A DNA stretch of 64,000 nt from NCBI GenBank assembly GCA_963725865.1, contig CAVSAC010000014.1, positions 1,344,001-1,408,000 of the forward strand, read 5' to 3'. The DNA is from Candidatus Eiseniibacteriota bacterium (GTDB lineage Bacteria; Eisenbacteria; RBG-16-71-46). Below are positions 62,450-64,000 of this stretch, one piece after another (position 1 is the stretch's first letter; each line of letters begins with the position of its first letter). The notes under the pieces are model-generated. The model made no database searches. It was not told where the DNA came from and saw only the letters and a list, made by a program, of their open reading frames with translations. A program made the translations under genes and the position numbers.

Positions 62450-63406
62450 ATGCGAAGCATCCGAGACCTGATCCGCGGCGCGGTCGCGGCCGCGGTCGTG
62501 GCGCTGGCCGCCGCGGCGCCGGCCCGCGCGCAGCAGGTCGCCGACACCACGTTCGACACCCGGGTCGCGCACCCGGCGTTCACCGCGCGCCACCCGGTGG
62601 TGCGGGTCGACGAGGCGCACCACGAGTTCCACACCGCGGGCGGCCGCTACCAGGTGTTCGCCGACCTGGTCGCGAACGACGGCGCGCGGATCGAGCGCGG
62701 CACGACCCCGTTCACGCTCGCGGGGCTGAAGGGCTGCGACGTGCTGGTGATCTCGAACGCGCTCGGCGACGAGGACATGTCGGTCCCGGCGGCCGAGCAC
62801 GCCGCGTTCACGCCCGCCGAGTGCGACGCGGTGCGCGAATGGGTGCGCGCGGGCGGCGGACTGCTGCTGATCGCCGACCACGCGCCCATGGGTGCGGCGG
62901 CCCGCCCGCTCGGCGAGCGCTTCGGCGTCGACATGCGCAACGCCTACTGCATCGATCCGGGGCCGGGCAACGCCGCCGGGCAGCCCGGGCTGTGCACGTT
63001 CACCGCGGCCTACGGGCTCGACACCACGCACGTCGTCGTCCGCGGGCGCGATGCGAGCGAGCGCGTGCGCACGGTGACGACGTTCACCGGCCAGTCGCTC
63101 GCGGGTCCGCCGGGCGCGACCTCGCTGCTCACGTTCGGGCCCAGCGCCGTGGACCTGATGGTGGGCTTCGGCAAGGCGAGCGGGCCGGTGCCCGACTCGC
63201 TCAAGAAGCGCGCGGAGGGTCGCTCGCAGGCGCTCGCGTTCCCGTTCGGCGAGGGTCGCGTGGTGGTGCTGGGCGAGGCCGCGATGCTCTCCGCCCAGCT
63301 CGCGGGGCCGGGGGGACAGTTCAAGATGGGGATGAACCGCCCCGGGATCGACAATCGCCAGCTCGCGCTCAACATCGTCCGCTGGCTGGCGCGCGAGCTG
63401 CCGTAG
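62450..63406 (+). CDS. Exported DUF4350/class-I glutamine-amidotransferase-like fold protein
   Basis: RBS GAGGAG, signal peptide, DEAHHEFHT, DVLVISNA, WVRAGGGLLLIADH, GRVVVLGE and DNRQLALNIVRWL motifs. Confidence 0.7.
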   Translation: MRSIRDLIRGAVAAAVVALAAAAPARAQQVADTTFDTRVAHPAFTARHPVVRVDEAHHEFHTAGGRYQVFADLVANDGARIERGTTPFTLAGLKGCDVLVISNALGDEDMSVPAAEHAAFTPAECDAVREWVRAGGGLLLIADHAPMGAAARPLGERFGVDMRNAYCIDPGPGNAAGQPGLCTFTAAYGLDTTHVVVRGRDASERVRTVTTFTGQSLAGPPGATSLLTFGPSAVDLMVGFGKASGPVPDSLKKRAEGRSQALAFPFGEGRVVVLGEAAMLSAQLAGPGGQFKMGMNRPGIDNRQLALNIVRWLARELP

Positions 63407-63437
63407 CGCGCGCCGGCACACGCTATACTCCGCCGCC

Positions 63438-64000
63438 ATGCCGCGCCGACTGCGTCTCGCGCTCGTCCTCGCACTCCTCGCGATATTCGCATGGACGGCG
63501 TTCGGTCCGTTTCGCCACGCGATGACGTCCGCGATCGCGAACTACCGCGCCCTGCGCGCCCCGTCGCGCGCGCGCCCCGCGCTCCAGCCGGGCGCGACCC
63601 TGCCCGCGCTCGCCGGGGGGCGCGCGTGGGTGAACGGCGGACCCGTCACTCCCGACTCGCTGGGCCGGCGCATGACGGTGGTGGTGGTCTTCAGCGACAC
63701 CCGCCCCGCCACCTACGACCTGCTGCCACGGCTCGAGGAGTTGCAGGAGGGCTTCGGGCGCGAGGGGCTGCGCGTGGTCGGCGTGCACGTGCCGGAGTTC
63801 GCGTTCGCGGCCGACACCGCGGTGACCGCGCGGCTGGCGCGCCGGCTCGGGGTGCGCTTTCCGATCGTGCTCGACGCCACGCGCGAGCTCGAGCGCGCAC
63901 TGGGCGGGATCAGCCCGTACGGCAACCCGCGCAAGGTGGTGGCGGACAGCGCCGGACGCGTGGTCGGGGACAGCGACGAAGCCACCGACCTGAGCGTGCG
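63438..64000 (+). CDS. Partial (3'-truncated) membrane-anchored DipZ/TlpA-like thioredoxin-fold protein lacking CxxC
   Basis: Hand translation: N-terminal anchor, WVNGGPVT..VVVVFSDTRPATYDLLP..LRVVGVHVPEFAF..FPIVLD. Open to the window end. Confidence 0.7.
   Translation, partial: MPRRLRLALVLALLAIFAWTAFGPFRHAMTSAIANYRALRAPSRARPALQPGATLPALAGGRAWVNGGPVTPDSLGRRMTVVVVFSDTRPATYDLLPRLEELQEGFGREGLRVVGVHVPEFAFAADTAVTARLARRLGVRFPIVLDATRELERALGGISPYGNPRKVVADSAGRVVGDSDEATDLSV

Overview
Very GC-rich diderm bacterial chromosome segment. It has about 48 genes and no tRNA, rRNA, CRISPR array, integrase or transposase that I could recognise. The gene content (FlgD-Ig/T9SS-A-like C-terminal domains, a GWxTD-like TPR protein, a PorT-like barrel, a protein ending SWGALKVRFR) suggests an FCB-associated candidate phylum such as Eisenbacteria; this is inference only. 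Housekeeping and transport genes include a TatT/TatP/DctQM TRAP system, pepT, acs, pfkA, HIT, adenosine deaminase, a transketolase-like protein, murB, moaA, M16 and S9 peptidases and an ABC-2 exporter. About ten single-base indels split otherwise intact genes and look like long-read assembly errors. The most striking region is 21.6-32.9 kb. It holds four ~475-aa secreted paralogs with invariant cysteines, alternating conserved and variable segments and a shared C-terminal sorting-type domain. It also holds a 109-aa 'signal peptide + C-terminal domain only' mini-gene, an O-antigen-ligase/TPR gene, an AmpG-like MFS and a PQQ-type dehydrogenase. Other highlights: a CxxU selenoprotein missed by the ORF track, a highly structured ~280-nt leader with a sequestered RBS, a ~100-nt intergenic hairpin, and several enzymes that appear to have lost or changed catalytic motifs (CHAT, thioredoxin-like, transketolase-like).
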